A stretch of DNA of 64,000 nucleotides from Squalus acanthias (Eukaryota), in the NCBI GenBank assembly GCA_030390025.1, contig JASTWF010000338.1:1-64000 (forward strand). The letters run 5' to 3'. Under the pieces are notes generated by a model. It saw only the letters and a list, made by a program, of their open reading frames with translations, searched no databases and was not told where the DNA came from. Below, one piece after another: positions 49,243-63,283 of this stretch. Made by a program: the position numbers and the translations under genes. Position 1 is the first letter of the stretch; each line of letters begins with the position of its first letter.

Positions 49243-49820
49243 CATAAGAAATAGGAGCTGGAGTCGGCCATTCGGCCCCCCGAGCCTGCTCCACCATTCA
49301 ATAAGATCATGGTTGATCTGATCTTGGCCTCAACTCCACTTCCCTGCCCGCTCCCCATAACCCTTGACTCCACTGTTTTTCAAAAATCTGTCCATCTCCA
49401 CCTTAAATATATTCAATGACTCCGCCTCCACAGCTCTCTGGGGTAGAGAATTCCACAGATTCACGACCCTCTGAGAGAAGAAATTCCTCCTCATCTCCGT
49501 TTTAAATGGGTGACCCCTTATTCTGAAACTATGCCCCCTAGTTCTAGATTCCCCCATGAGGGGAAATATCTTCCCTGCATCGACCCTGTCAAGCCCCCTC
49601 AGAATCTTATGTTTCAATAAGATCACCTCATTCTTCTAAACTCCAATGAGTATCGGCCCAACCTGCTCAACCTTTCCTCATAAGACAACCCCTTCAACTG
49701 AAGAATCAACCTCGTGAAGCTTCTCTGAACTGCCTCCAATGCAAGTGTATCCCTCCTTCAATGAGGAGAGTGAAACTGTCCGCAGTACTCCAGGTGTGGT
49801 CTCACCAACGCCCTGTGCAG
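49243..49820 (-). mobile_element. CR1 3' fragment
   Basis: ORF2 C-terminus and tail. Confidence 0.85.
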
Positions 49821-49866
49821 TGGTTCCCAGCAGTTACTTTTCTTCAGTAATGTTCTCGATCACAAT

Positions 49867-49901
49867 GTTCTGACGAAGGGTCATCGACCTGAAACGTTAA
49901 C
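49867..49901 (+). ncRNA. Minimal hammerhead ribozyme in a Penelope pLTR fragment (49866-49968)
   Basis: guu-CUGACGA-a-GGGUC auc GACCU-GAAA-CGUU-aac. Confidence 0.8.
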
Positions 49902-50564
49902 TCTGTTTCTCTCTTCACAGATGCTGCCTGACCTGCTGAGTATCTCCAGCATTTTCTGTTTTTATTTCTCTATCACTAAACTGCCCTGCCTGCTGTTAAT
50001 GATGTTATCTCTTATAGTTTTGCAATTACACGTATAAACATCACACATTATAATCTGATCTATTCTATTACTCACTCTGGTTTAAGCTGATATTGTGGTT
50101 AGTAACAGACAGAACCTGTTTTTCCCCTGATCTGATCACAGACTCCAACATGTCGATTCAGAGAATGGAATGTCTTATCAGTGTTGCCATGGCGACCTGT
50201 CTGCAGTGAAAGGCCTGTTTGAGTTTCTAACTCAGACTAAACTTCTCTCTCCCACAATACACATTATATCAGACATTCAATGTCAATGTATTTTAACCAT
50301 GTTATGTTAATATCTTTAAAATCTACTGGGAGAAGAGATACACAAATCTTTAAAAGTTGGAGGACAAGTTTATAAAGTGGTTTAAAAATGTTACCCGAGG
50401 TTTTTTATAAATGGGGCGTAGAAAACAAAACCATCGGTTCGGCTGCAGTTAGAACAAGTTTTGGGCATCTTCCACTAGGAAGGATGTCGGGGCCACAGAG
50501 ATACTGCAGAATCGATTCACTGAGGTTATACCACGGATGAGAGGCTTTAGTTATCAGAGAATCA

Positions 50565-52472
50565 GAGAAGCATAGAAGATAGGAGCAGGAGTAGGCCATT
50601 CGGCCCCTCGAGCCTGTTCCGCCATTTAATGAGATCATGGCTGATCATCCAAATTCAGTACCCTGTCCCTGCTTTCTCCCCATATCTCTTGATCCCTTTC
50701 GCCTTAAGAAATATATCCAACTCCTTCTTGAATATATTTCATGAATTGGCCTCAACTGCCTTGTGTGGTAGAGAATTCCACAGGTTCACCACTCTCTGGG
50801 TGAAGAAATTCCTCCTCATCTCTGTCCTAAATGGCTTACCCCTTATCCTTAGACTGTGACCTCTGGTTCTGGACTCACCTGCCATCGGGAACATCCTTCC
50901 TGCATCTAGTCTGTCTAGTCCTGTTAGAATTTTATAAGTTTCAATGAGATCCCCTCTCATTCTTCTAAACTCCAGTGAGTATAAGCCCAATCGACCCAAT
51001 CTCTCTTCATACGTCATTCCTGCCATCCCAGGTATCAGCCTTGTGAATCTTCGCTGCACTCCCTCCATGGCAAGAACATCCTTCCTCAGATAAGGCGACC
51101 AAAACTGCACACAACACACAAGGTGTGGCCTCACCAAGGCCCTGTACAACTGCAGCAAGACATCCTTGCTCCTGTACTCGAATCCTCTCGCTATGAAGGC
51201 CAACATACCATTTGCCTTCTTCACCGCCTGCTGCACCTGCATGCTTACCTTCAGCGACTGGTGCACAAGGACACCCAGGTCTCGTTGCACCTCCCCTTTT
51301 CCCAATCTATTGCTGTTCAGATAATAATCTGCCTTCCTGTTTTTGCCACCAAAGTGGATAACCTCGCATTTATCCACATTATACTGCATCTGCCACGCTT
51401 CTGCCCAATCACCCAACCTCTCCAAATCATACTGGAGTTTCTCTGCATCCTCCTCACAGCACACACGCCCACCCAGCTTTGTGTCATCTGTAAACTTGGA
51501 AATATTACATCTAGTTCCCTCGTCTAGATCATTAATATATATTGTGAATAGCTGGGGTCCTAGCACCAATCCCTGCGGTACGCCACTAGTCACTGCCTGC
51601 CACTCGGAAAAAGACCCGTTTATTCCAACTCTTTGCTTCCTGTCTGCCAACCAGTTCTCTATCCAAGTCAATACCTTGCCCCCAATCCCATGTGCCTTAA
51701 CTTTACACGCTAATCTCTTATGCGGGACCTTATCGAAAGCCTTCTGAAAGTCCAAATACACCACATCCACTGGTTCTCCCTTATCTATTCTACCAGTTAC
51801 ATCCTCAAAAAATTCCAGTAGATTAGTCAAGCACAATTTACCTTTTGTAAATCCATGTTGACTTTGTCCGATCCTGTCACTGTTTTCCAAGTGCTCAGCT
51901 ATTACATCTTTTATAATGGACTCTAGCATTTTGCCCACTACCGATGTCAGGCTTACCGGTCTGTAATTCCCCGCTTTCTCTCTACCACCTTTTTTGAATA
52001 GTGGGGTAACATTGGCTACCCTCCAATCCATGGGTACAGTTCCAGATTCCATCGAGCGTTGGAAGATGATCAGCAATGCATCTACTATTTCTAGGGCCAT
52101 TTCCTTAAGTACCCTAGGATGTAGATTATCAGGCCCTGGGGATTTATCGGCCTTCAATCCCGCCAATTTTCCTGACACCATTTCCCTACAAATACTGATT
52201 TCATTCAGTTCCTCCCTCTCATTGGACCCTCTCATAGAATAAAACAGCACAAAAGGTGGCCATTCGGCCCATCATGCTTGTGCCAGCTGTTTGGGAGAGC
52301 GATCCAATTAGTCCCACTCCCCTGCTCTTTCCCCATATCCCGGCAAATGTTTTCCCTTCAAATATTTATCCAATTCTCTTTTGAAAGTTACTCTTGAATC
52401 TGCTTCCACCGCCCTTTCAGGCAGTGCATTTCAGATCATAATAACTCGCTGGGTAAAGAAATGTTTCCTCAT
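50565..52472 (-). mobile_element. CR1 RT fragment (50565-52232) and adjacent CR1 tail fragment
   Basis: ORF 50739-52250 RT motifs. Confidence 0.92.
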
Positions 52473-53080
52473 GATGACCTGTCTGCAGTGAAGCGCCTGT
52501 TTGAGTTTCGAACTGAGGCAAACTTCTCTTTCCCAGGAGGAGAGACGAGAGAAACTGGGGCACTTCTCACTGGAACAAAGCAGGGTAAGAGATGTGAGCG
52601 AGGTGTTTAAACTTGTTCAAGGACACCGACCAAAATATCAGAGACACTCCGTGTCGCTCAGGACCAGTGTCCAGGGGAGAAGCTGATGGGTTTATCAGAT
52701 CATCTTTGGGTTAAATGTGGTGCTCATGGAGCTGAGCCCCTAGTGTCAGCATCAAACACTCTCCAGTCGGGTACAGCACGGGTTAGATACAGAGTAAACC
52801 CATCAGCCGCTCCCCGACACAGATACCGAGGGACAGGGAGTGTCCGGGACAATGACATTTCTCACTCAACAAGGTATAAATTGATCCTGTACCTCTCCCC
52901 ATTAATCCTGGGCTCCACACGGGGCGAATCCTGCTCCTGTTTCCCTTCCTGGAACAGCACTGAGCTAAACACAGCCCATAATGAGCAGGGCTCAGGGAGG
53001 TTGGTTGCTAGGCACTGCAGTGATGTCATAAAGCAAGGCCATTCAGCCCAGCTGGTCGTCTCCTTGTCCCTTTAAAGGTG

Positions 53081-53610
53081 GAGAGCGGGGACACCCTGTC
53101 TCAAAACACACCCCACCTGTTCATACTGAGAATCCCCGGGCAAGGACCAAGGCCCAGAGTGTGGACACACCCCGGGGGAAAAGAGGAGGAGAGCGGAGAC
53201 ACCCTGTCTCAAAACACATCCCACCTGTTCATACTGAGAATCCCCGGGGAAGGCCCAAGGCCCAGAGTGTGGACACACCCCGGGGAAAAGAGGAGGAGAG
53301 CGGGGACACCCTGTCTCAAAACACACCCCACCTGTTCATACCGAGAATCCCCGGGCAAGGCCCAAGGCCCAGAGTGTGGACACACCCCGGGGAAAAGAGG
53401 AGGAGAGCGGGGACACCCTGTCTCAAAACACACCCCACCTGTTCATAGTGAGAATCCCCGGGCAAGGCCCAAGGCCCAGAGTGTGGAACACACCCCGGGG
53501 GAAAAGAGGAGGAGAGCGGGGACACCCTGTCTCAAAACACACCCCACCTGTTCATACTGAGAATCCCCGGGCAAGGCCCAAGGCCCAGAGTGTGGACACA
53601 CCCCGGGGAG
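53081..53610. repeat. 107-108 bp tandem repeat, ~5 copies
   Basis: Unit starts at 53081, 53189, 53296... Confidence 0.92.
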
Positions 53611-53799
53611 AGATGGTGCAGTGTGGGGGGTGAGGGAGGAGTCTGCTCATTCCCGGGGGAAGATCAGACAAAGTGCTTTGAGTGGTGGGTCCAGCAGTGA
53701 AACTGAAACCAAACCAAAAGGGAACAAATGAAGATCCAATCCAAGGGAACAAGCACCGGGACAATGGGGAGAAACCACAACCGGCCCAAAGTTATTCAG

Positions 53800-54270
53800 T
53801 GAGCGAGCATCGCCTGCTTATTGTGAGAGAGCTCCACACTTCCACCATCCTTTGTGTGGAGAAGAGTTTCCAGCTTCTCTCCTGAAGGGCCTGGCTCGGA
53901 TTTTAAGGTTCTGTCCCCTCGTCCCAGACTCCCCACCAGTGGAAAGAGTTTCTCTCTATCGACCCTCGCAATTGTTCCAAAATCCTCAAAACCTCAATCA
54001 AATCAGCCTCAACTTTCTATAATCCATGGAATACAAGCTTCATTTCTGTAAACTCTCAATAGTTTAACCCTTGGAGCCCTGGTAACATGCTGGTGAATCT
54101 GCACTGCACTCCTTCCAAGGCCAATCTATTCTTTCTAAGGTGCGGGGCCCAGAACGGTCCACAGTGCCCCAGATGTGGTCTAACCAGGGCTTTGTACAGC
54201 TGGAGCAAAACTTCCTCCCCTCTATATTCTAGACCTCTAGTCATAAGCATTAACATTTCAGGAGCCTTTT
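53800..54270 (-). mobile_element. Old CR1 fragment
   Basis: LYKALVRPHL...FWAPH. Confidence 0.75.
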
Positions 54271-54293
54271 AGTTTATATTTATTTTAAAGATT

Positions 54294-57200
54294 CCCAGGG
54301 CAGGTACAGCACGGGTTAGATACAGAGTAAAGCTCCCTCTACACTGTCCCATCAAACACTCCCAGGGCAGGTACAGCACGGGTTAGATACAGAGTAAAGC
54401 TCCCTCTACACTGTCCCATCAAACACTCCCAGGGCAGATACAGCACGGGTAGATACAGAGTAAAGCTCCCTCTACACTGTCCCATCAAACACTCCCAGGG
54501 CAGGTACAGCACGGGTTAGATACAGAGTAAAGCTCCCTCTGCACTGTCCCATCAAACACTCCCAGGGCAGGTACAGCACGGGTTAGATACAGAGTAAAGC
54601 TCCCTCTACACTGTCCCATCAAACACTCCCAGGGCAGGTACAGCACGGGTTAGATACAGAGTAAAGCTCCCTCTACACTGTCCCATCAAACACTCCCAGG
54701 CAGGTACAGCACTGGTTAGATACAGAGTAAAGCTCCCTCTACACTGTCCCATCAAACACTCCAAGGGCAGGTACAGCACGGGTTAGATACAGAGTAAAAC
54801 TCCCTCTAAACTGTCTCATCAAACACTCCCAGGGCAGGTACAGCACGCGACAGATACAGAGTAAAGCTCCCTCCACACTGTCCCATCAAACACTCCCAGG
54901 GCAGCTACAGCATGGGTTAGATGCAGAGTAAAGCTCCCTCTGCACTGTCCCATCAAACACTCCCAGGGCAGGTACAGCACGGGTTAGATACAGAGTAAAA
55001 CTCCCTCTACACTGTCCCATGAAACACACCCAGGGCAAGTACAGCACGGGTTAGATACAGAGTAAAGCTCCCTCGACACTGTCCCATCAAACACTCCAGG
55101 GCAGGTACAGCACGGGTTAGATACAGAGTAAAGTTCCCTCTACACTGTCCCATCAAACACTCCCAGAGCAGGTACAGCACTCGTCAGATACAGAGTAAAG
55201 CTCCCTCCACACTGTCCCATCAAACACTCCAAGGGCTGGTACAGCACGGGTTAGATACAGAGTAAAACTCCCTCTACACTGTCTCATCAAACACTCCCAG
55301 GGCAGGTACAGCACGCGACAGATACAGAGTAAAGCTCCCTCAACACTGTCCCATCAAACACTCCCAGGGCAGGTACAGCACGGCTTAGATACAGAGTAAA
55401 GCTCCCTCTACACTGTCCCATCAAACACTCCCAGGGCAGCTACAGCACGGGTTAGATACAGAGTAAAGCTCCCTCTACACTGTCCCATCAAACACTCCCA
55501 GGGCAGGTACAGCACGGGTTAGATGCAGAGTAAAGCTCCCTCTACACTGTCCCATCAAACACTCCCAGGGCAGGTACAGCACGAGTCAGATACAGAGTAA
55601 AGCTCCCTCTACACTGTCACAGCAAACACTCCCAGGGCAGGTACAGCACGGGTTAGATACAGAATAAAGCTCCCTCTACACTGTCACAGCAAACACTCCC
55701 AGGACAGGTACAGCACGGGTTAGATACAGTGTAAACTCCCTCTACACTGTCCCATCAAACACTCCCAGGGCAGGTACAGCACGGGTTAGATACAGAGTAA
55801 AGCTCCCTCTACACTGTCCCATCAAACACTCCCAGGGCAGGTACAGCACGGGTTAGATAAAGAGTAAAGTTCCCTCAACACTGTCCCATCAAACACTCCC
55901 AGGGCAGGTACAGCACGGGTTAGATACAGAGTAAAGCTCCCTCTACACTGTCCCATCAAACACTCCCAGGGCAGGAACAGCATGGATTAGATACAGAGTA
56001 AAGCTCCCTCTACAGTGTCCCATCAAACACTCCTGGGGCAGGTATAGCACGGGTTCGATACAGAGTATAGCTCGCTCTATACTGTCCTAACAAACAGTCC
56101 TAGAGCAGGTACAGAACGGGTTACATACAGAGTAAAGCTCGCTCTATAGTTTCCCATCAAACACTGCCAGGGCAGGAACAGCATGGGTTAGATACAGAGT
56201 AAAGCTCCCTCTACACTGTCCCATCAAACGCTCCCACTGCAGCAACAGCATGGGTTAGATACAGAGTAAAGCTCACTCTACGCTGTCCCATCAAACACTC
56301 CTTTGAGCAGGTACAGCACGGGTTACATACAGAGTAAAGCTCGCTCTATACTGTTCCATCAAACACTCCCAGGGCAGGAACAGCATGGGTTAGATACAGA
56401 GTAAAGCTCCCTCTGAACTGTCCCAGCAAACACTCCCAGGTAGGTACAGCAATGGTAACATACAGAGTAAAGCTCGTTCGATACTTTCCCATCAAACACT
56501 CCCAGGGCAGGTACAGAACGGGTTAGATACACAGTAAAGCTCCCTCTAAACTGTCCCATCAAACACTCCCAGGGCAGGTACAGCACGGGTTAGATACAGA
56601 GTAAAGCTCCCTCTACACTGTCCAATCAAACACTCCCAGGGCAGGTACAGCATGGGTGAGATATAGAGTAAAACTCCCTCTACACTGTCCCATCAAACAC
56701 TCCCAGGGCAGCTGCAGCATGGGTTAGATACAGAGTAAAGCCCCCTCGACACTGTCCCATCAAACACTCCCAGGGCAGGTACAGCATGGGTTAGATACAG
56801 AGTAAAGCTCCCTCGACACTGTCCCATCAAACACTCCCAGGGCAGGTACAGCACGGGTTAGATACAGAGTAAAGCTCCCTCGACACTGTCCCATCAAACA
56901 CTCCCAGGGCAGGTACAGCACGGGTTAGATACAGAGTAAAGCTCACTCTACACTGTCCCGTCAAACACACCCTGGGCAGGTACAACACGGGTTAGATACA
57001 GAGTAAAGTTCCCTCTACACTGTCCCATCAAACACTAACAGGGCAGTTACAGCACGGGTTAGATACAGAGTAAAGCTCCCTCTACACTGTCCCATCAATC
57101 ACTCCCAGGGCAGGAACAGCACGGGTTAGATACAGAGTAAAGCTCCCTCTACACTGTCCCATCAAACACTCCCAGGGCAGGAACAGCATGGGTTAGATAC

Positions 57201-60200
57201 AGAGTATAGCTCGCTCTATACTGTCCAATCAAACAGTCCTCGAGCAGGTACAGCACGGGTTTCATACAGAGTAAAGCTCCCTCTCCACTGTCCAATCAAA
57301 CACTCCCAGGGCAGGTACAGCATGGGTGAGATACAGAGTAAAGCTCCCTCTACACTGTCCCATCAAACACTCCCAGGTAGGTACAGCACGGGTTAGATAC
57401 AGAGTAAAGCTCCCTCTACACTGTCCCATCAAACACTCCCAGGGCAGGTACAGCACGGGTTAGATACAGAGTAAAGCTCCCTCTACACTGTCCCATCAAA
57501 CACTCCCAGGGCAGGTACAGCATGGGTTAGATACAGAGTAAAGCTCCCTCTACACTGTCCCATCAAACACTCCCAGGGCAGGTACAGCACGGGTTAGATA
57601 CAGAGTAAAGCCCCTCTACACTGTCCCATCAAACACTCCCAGGGCAGGTACAGCATGGGTTAGATACAGAGTAAAGCTCCCTCTACACTGTCCCATCAAA
57701 CACTCCCAGGGCAGGTACAGCACGGGTTAGATACAGAGTAAAGCTCCCTCGACACTGTCCCATCAAACACTCCCAGGGCAGGTACAGCACGGGTTAGATA
57801 CAGAGTAAAGCTCCCTCTACACTGTCCCATCAAACACTCCCAGGGCAGGTACAGCATGGGTTAGATACAGAGTAAAGCTCCCTCTACACTGTCCCATCAA
57901 ACACTCCCAGGGCAGGTACAGCACGGGTTAGATACAGAGTAAAGCTCCCTCTACACTGTCCCATCAAACACTTCCAGGGCAGGTACAGCACGGGTTAGAT
58001 ACAGAGTAAAGCTCCCTCTACACTGTCCCATCAAACACTCCCAGGGCAGGTACAGCACGGGTTAGATACAGAGTAAAGCTCCCTCTACACTGTCCCATCA
58101 AACACTCCCAGGGCAGGTACAGCACGGGTTAGATACAGAGTAAAGCTCCCTCTACACTGTCCCATCAAACACTCCCAGGGCAGCTGCAGCACGGGTTAGA
58201 TACAGAGTAAAGCTCCCTCTACACTGTCCCATCAAACACTCCCAGGGCAGGTACAGCATGGGTTAGATACAGAGTAAAGCTCCCTTGACACTGTCCCATC
58301 AAACACTCCCAGGGCAGGTACAGCACGGGTTAGATACAGAGTAAAGCTCCCTCTACACTGTCCCATCAAACACTCCCAGGGCAGGTACAGCACGGGTTAG
58401 ATACAGAGTAAAGCTCCCTCTACACTGTCCCATCAAACACTCCCAGGGCAGGTACAGCATGGGTTAGATACAGAGTAAAGCTCCCTCTACACTGTCCCAT
58501 CAAACACTCCCAGGGCAGGTACAGCACGGGTTAGATACAGAGTAAAGCTCCCTCTACACTGTCCCATCAAACACTCCCAGGGCAGGTACAGCACTGGGTT
58601 AGATACAGAGTAAAGCTCCCTCTACACTGTCCCATCAAACACTCCCAGGGCAGGTACAGCACGGGTTAGATACAGAGTAAAGCTCCCTCTACACTGTCCC
58701 ATCAAACACTCCCAGGGCAGGTACAGCACGGGTTAGATACAGAGTAAAGCTCCCTCTACACTGTCCCATCAAACACTCCCAGGGCAGGTACAGCACGGGT
58801 TAGATACAGAGTAAAGTTCCCTCTGCACTGTCCCATCAAACACTAACAGGGCAGGTACAGCACGGGTAACATACAGAGTAAAGCTCGTTCGATACTTTCC
58901 CATCAAACACTCCCAGGGCAGGTACAGAACGGGTTAGATACACAGTAAAGCCCCCTCTACACTGTCCCATCAAACACTCCCAGGGCAGGAACAGCATGGG
59001 TTAGATACAGAGTAAAGCTCGCTTTATACTGTCCGATCAAACAGTCCTCGAGCAGGTACAGCACGGGTTAGCTGCAGAGTAAAGCTCCCTCTATACTGTC
59101 CCATCCAACAGTCCCAGGGCAGGTACAGCACGGGTTAGATACAGAGCAAAGCTCCCTCGACACTGTCCCGTCAAACACTCCCAGGGCAGGTACAGCACGG
59201 GTTAAATACAGAGTAAAGCTGTCTCTGCACTGTACCATCAAACACTCCCAGGGCAGGTACAGCACGGGTTAGATACAGAGTAAAGCTCCCTCTACACTGT
59301 CCCGTCAAACACTCCCTGGGCAGGTACAGCACGGGTTAGATACAGAATAAAGTTCCCTCTACACTATCCCATCAATCACTCCCAGGGCAGGTACAGCATG
59401 GGTTAGATACAGAGTAAAGCTCCCTCTACAGTGTCCCATCAAACACTCCTGAGGCAGGTACAGCAAGGGTTAGATACAGAGTGTAGCTCGCTCTATACTG
59501 TCCTATCAAACAGTCCTAGAGCAGGTACAGCATGGGTTACATACAGAGTAAAGCTCGCTCTATACTGTCCCATCAAACACTCCCAGGGCAGGAACAGCAT
59601 GGGTTAGATACAGAGTAAAGTTCCCTCTACACTGTCCCATCAAACACTGCCAGGGCAGGTACAGCATGGGTTAGATACAGCGTAAAGCTCCCTCTACACT
59701 GTCCCATCAAACACTCGCAGGGCAGGAACAGCACGGGTTAGATACAGCGTAAAGCTCCCTCTACACTGTCCCATCAAACACTCCCAGGGCAGGAACAGCA
59801 CGGGTTAGATACAGAGTAAAGTTCCCTCTACACCGTCCCTTCAAACACTCCCAGGGCAGGTACAGCACGGGTTAGATACAGCGTAAAGCTCCCTCTACAC
59901 TGTCCCATCAAACACTCCCCGGGCGGGTACAGCACGGGTAACATACAGAGTAACGCTCGTTCGGTACTTTCCCATCAAACACTCCCAGGGCAGGTACAGC
60001 ATGGGTTAGATACACAGTAAAGCCCCCTCTACACTGTCCCATCAAACACTCCCAAGGCAGGTACAGCACGGGTTAGATACAGAGTAAAGCTCCCTGTACA
60101 TTGTTGCATCAAACACTCCCAGGGCAGGTACAGCACGGGTTAGATACAGAGTAAAGCTCCCTCTACACTGTCCCATCAAACACTCCCAGAGCAGGTACAG

Positions 60201-61930
60201 CACGGGTTAGATACAGAGTAAAGCTCCCTCGAAACTGTCCCATCAAACACACCCAGGGCAGGTACAGCATGGGTTAGATGCAGAGTAAAGCCCCCTCTGC
60301 ACTGTCCCATCAAACACTCCCAGTGCAGGTACAGCAGGTGTTAGATACAGAGTAAAGCTCCCTCTGCACTGTCCCATCAAACACTCCCAGAGCAGGTACA
60401 GCAGGGGTTAGATACAGAGTAAATTTCCCTCGACACTGTCCCATCAAACACTCCCAGGGCAGGTACAGCAGGGTTTAGATACAGAGTAAAGCTCCCTCTA
60501 CACTCTCCCATCAAACACTCCCAGGGCAGGTACAGCACGGGTCAGATGCAGAGTAAAGCTCCCACTACACTGTCCCATCAAACACTCCCAGGGCAGGTAC
60601 AGCACGGGTTAGATACAGAGTAAAGCTCCCTCTGCACTTTACCATCAAACACTCCGAGGGCAGGAACAGCATGGGTTAGATACAGAGTAAAGCTCCATCT
60701 ACACTTTCCCATCAAACACTCCCAGGGCAGGTACAGCACGGGTTAGATACAGAGTAAAGCTCCCTCCACATTGTCCCATCAAACACTCCCAGGGCAGCTA
60801 CAGCACGGTTTAATTACAGAGTAAAGCCCCCTCTACACTGTCCCATCAAACACTCCCAGGGCAGGAACAGCACAGGTTAGATACAGAGTAAAGTTCCCTC
60901 TGCACTGTTTCATCAAACACTCCCAGGGCAGGTACAGCACGGGTTAGATACAGAGTAAAGCTCCCTCTACACTATCCCATCAAACACTCCCAGGACAGGT
61001 ACATCACGGGTTAGATACAGTGTAAACTCCCTCTGCACTGTCCCATCAAACACTCCCAGGGCAGGTACAGCACGGGTTAGATACAGAGTAAAGCTCCCTC
61101 CACACTGTCCCATCAAACACTCCCAGGGCATGTACAGTACAGGTTAGATACAGACTAATGTTCCCTCTGCATTGTCCCAATCAAACACTGCCAGGCTATG
61201 CACAGCACGGGTTAGATGCAGAGTAAAGCTCCCTCTACACTGTCCCATCAAACACTCCCAGGGCAGGTACAGCACGGGTTAGATGCAGAGTAAAGCTCCC
61301 TCTACACTGTCCCATCAAACACTCCCAGGGCAGGTACAGCACGGGTTAGATGCAGAGTAAAGCTCCCTCTGTACTGTCCCATCAAACACTCCTAGGGCAG
61401 GAACAGCATGGGTTAGATATAGAGTAAAGCCCCTCTACACTGTCCCATCAAACACTCCCAGTGCAGGTACAGCAGGGGTTAGATACAGAGTAAATCTCCC
61501 TCTACACTGTCCCATCAAACACTCCCAGGGCAGGTACAGCACGGGTTAGATACAGAGTAAAGCTCCCTCTACACTTTCCCATCAAACACTCCCAGGGCAG
61601 GTACAGCATGGGTTAGATACAGAGTAAAGCTCCCTCTACAGTGTCCCATCAAACACTCCTGGGGCAGGTAAAGCACTGGTTAGATACAGAGTATAGCTCG
61701 CTCTATACTGTCCTATCAAACAGTCCTAGAGCAGGTACAGCACGGGTTACATACAGAGTAAAGTTCCCTCTACACTGTCCCATCAAACACTCCCAATGCA
61801 GGTGCAGCACGGGTTAGATACAGAGTAAAGTTCCCTCTACACTGTCCCATCAAACACTCCCAATGCAGGTGCAGCACGGGTTAGATACAGAGTAAAGCTC
61901 CCTCTACACTGTCCCATCAAACACTGCCAG
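54294..61930. repeat. 67-bp satellite array, ~114 copies
   Basis: Unit cccagggcaggtacagcacgggttagatacagagtaaagctccctctacactgtcccatcaaacact. Confidence 0.98.
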
Positions 61931-62035
61931 CCCATAATGAGCAGGACTGAGGGAGGTTGGTTGCTAGGCACTGCAGTGATGTCATAAAGCAGGGCCATTC
62001 AGCCCAGCTGGTTGTCTCCTTGTCCCTTTAAAGGT

Positions 62036-62345
62036 GGAGAGCGGAGACACCCTGTCTCAAAACACACCCCACCTGTTCATACTGAGAATCCCCGGGCAAG
62101 GCCCAAGGCCCATAGTGTGGACACACCCCGGGGGAAAAGAGGAGGAGAGCGGGGACACCCTGTCTCAAAACACACCCCACCTGTTCATACTGAGAATCCC
62201 CAGGCAAGGCCCAAGGCCCAGAGTGTGGACACACCCCGGGGGAAAGAGGAGGAGAGCGGGGACACCCTGTCTCAAAACACACCCCACCTGTTCCTACTGA
62301 GAATCCCCGGGCAAGGCCCAGAGTGTGGTCACAGCCCGGGGGAAA
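62036..62345. repeat. 107-108 bp tandem repeat, ~3 copies (paralog of 53081-53610)
   Basis: Same unit and same upstream 110-bp leader. Confidence 0.92.
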
Positions 62346-62664
62346 AGGGGAGGAGTAGGGACTGAGGGACACCAAGCTTCAGTTTTAGAGCCTGTAGACT
62401 TCAGGAGGGAAGACTGAGTTCAGTAGCTTTCGGATCCAGGGAGAGAACAAGGAGCAGATGGGGAGACTGGTGTGGATTCCAGCACAGTGAGGATGTAGCG
62501 GGAGGGAGATTGTGTCGGGCCGTGTATTAGGGGTGTAGGAGGGACAAGAGAGGAAAGGTCAGAGGAGCAATTACTGCAGCAGTGTCTATGAATAGTGTGA
62601 GAGAGAGAAGGTGGGGGTTAGAGTGGACCATGGGCAGTCTGTTAAACTGTCTGTTTGCTGTGAC

Positions 62665-63283
62665 TACACAGGATTACACAGGATATACGTCACAGAAACA
62701 GGCCATTCGGCCCAACCAGTCCATGCCGGCGTTTATGCTCCACTCGAGCCTCCTCCCGTCTTTCCCCATCTAACTCTATCAGCATAACCCTCTATTCCCT
62801 TCTCCCTCATATGCTTGTCTAGCCTCCCCTGAAATGCATCGATACTATTCGCTTCAACCACTCCCTGTGGGAGCGAGTTCCACATTCTCCCCACTCTCTG
62901 GGTAAAGAAGTTTCTCCTGAATTCCCTATTGGATTTCTTGGTGACTATCTTATATTGATGGCCTCTAATTATGCTCTTCCCCACAAGTGGAAACACTCTC
63001 TCTGTATCTACTCTATCAAAACCTTTCATCATTTTAAAGACCTCTATTAGGTCACCCCTCAGCCTTCTTTTTTCAAGAGAAAAGAGACCCAGCCTGTCCA
63101 TCCTTTCCTGACAGGTATACCCTCTCATTTCTGGTATCATCCTTGTAAATCTTCTCTGCACCCTCTCCAGTGCCTCTATATCCTTTTTATAATATGGTGA
63201 CCAGAATTGTACACAGTGCTCCAAATGTGGTCCAACCAAGGTTCGATACAAGTTTAGCATAACTTCACTACTTTTCCATTCTA
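62665..63283 (-). mobile_element. 5'-truncated CR1
   Basis: ORF 62733-63260. Confidence 0.9.

Noticed and set aside
52995..53035. MHC class II-type SXY promoter
   Set aside because: X-box and CRE order/spacing do not fit, there is no Y box and no MHC exons are nearby
54294..61930. CRISPR-like array
   Set aside because: No unique spacers and no cas genes; eukaryotic satellite
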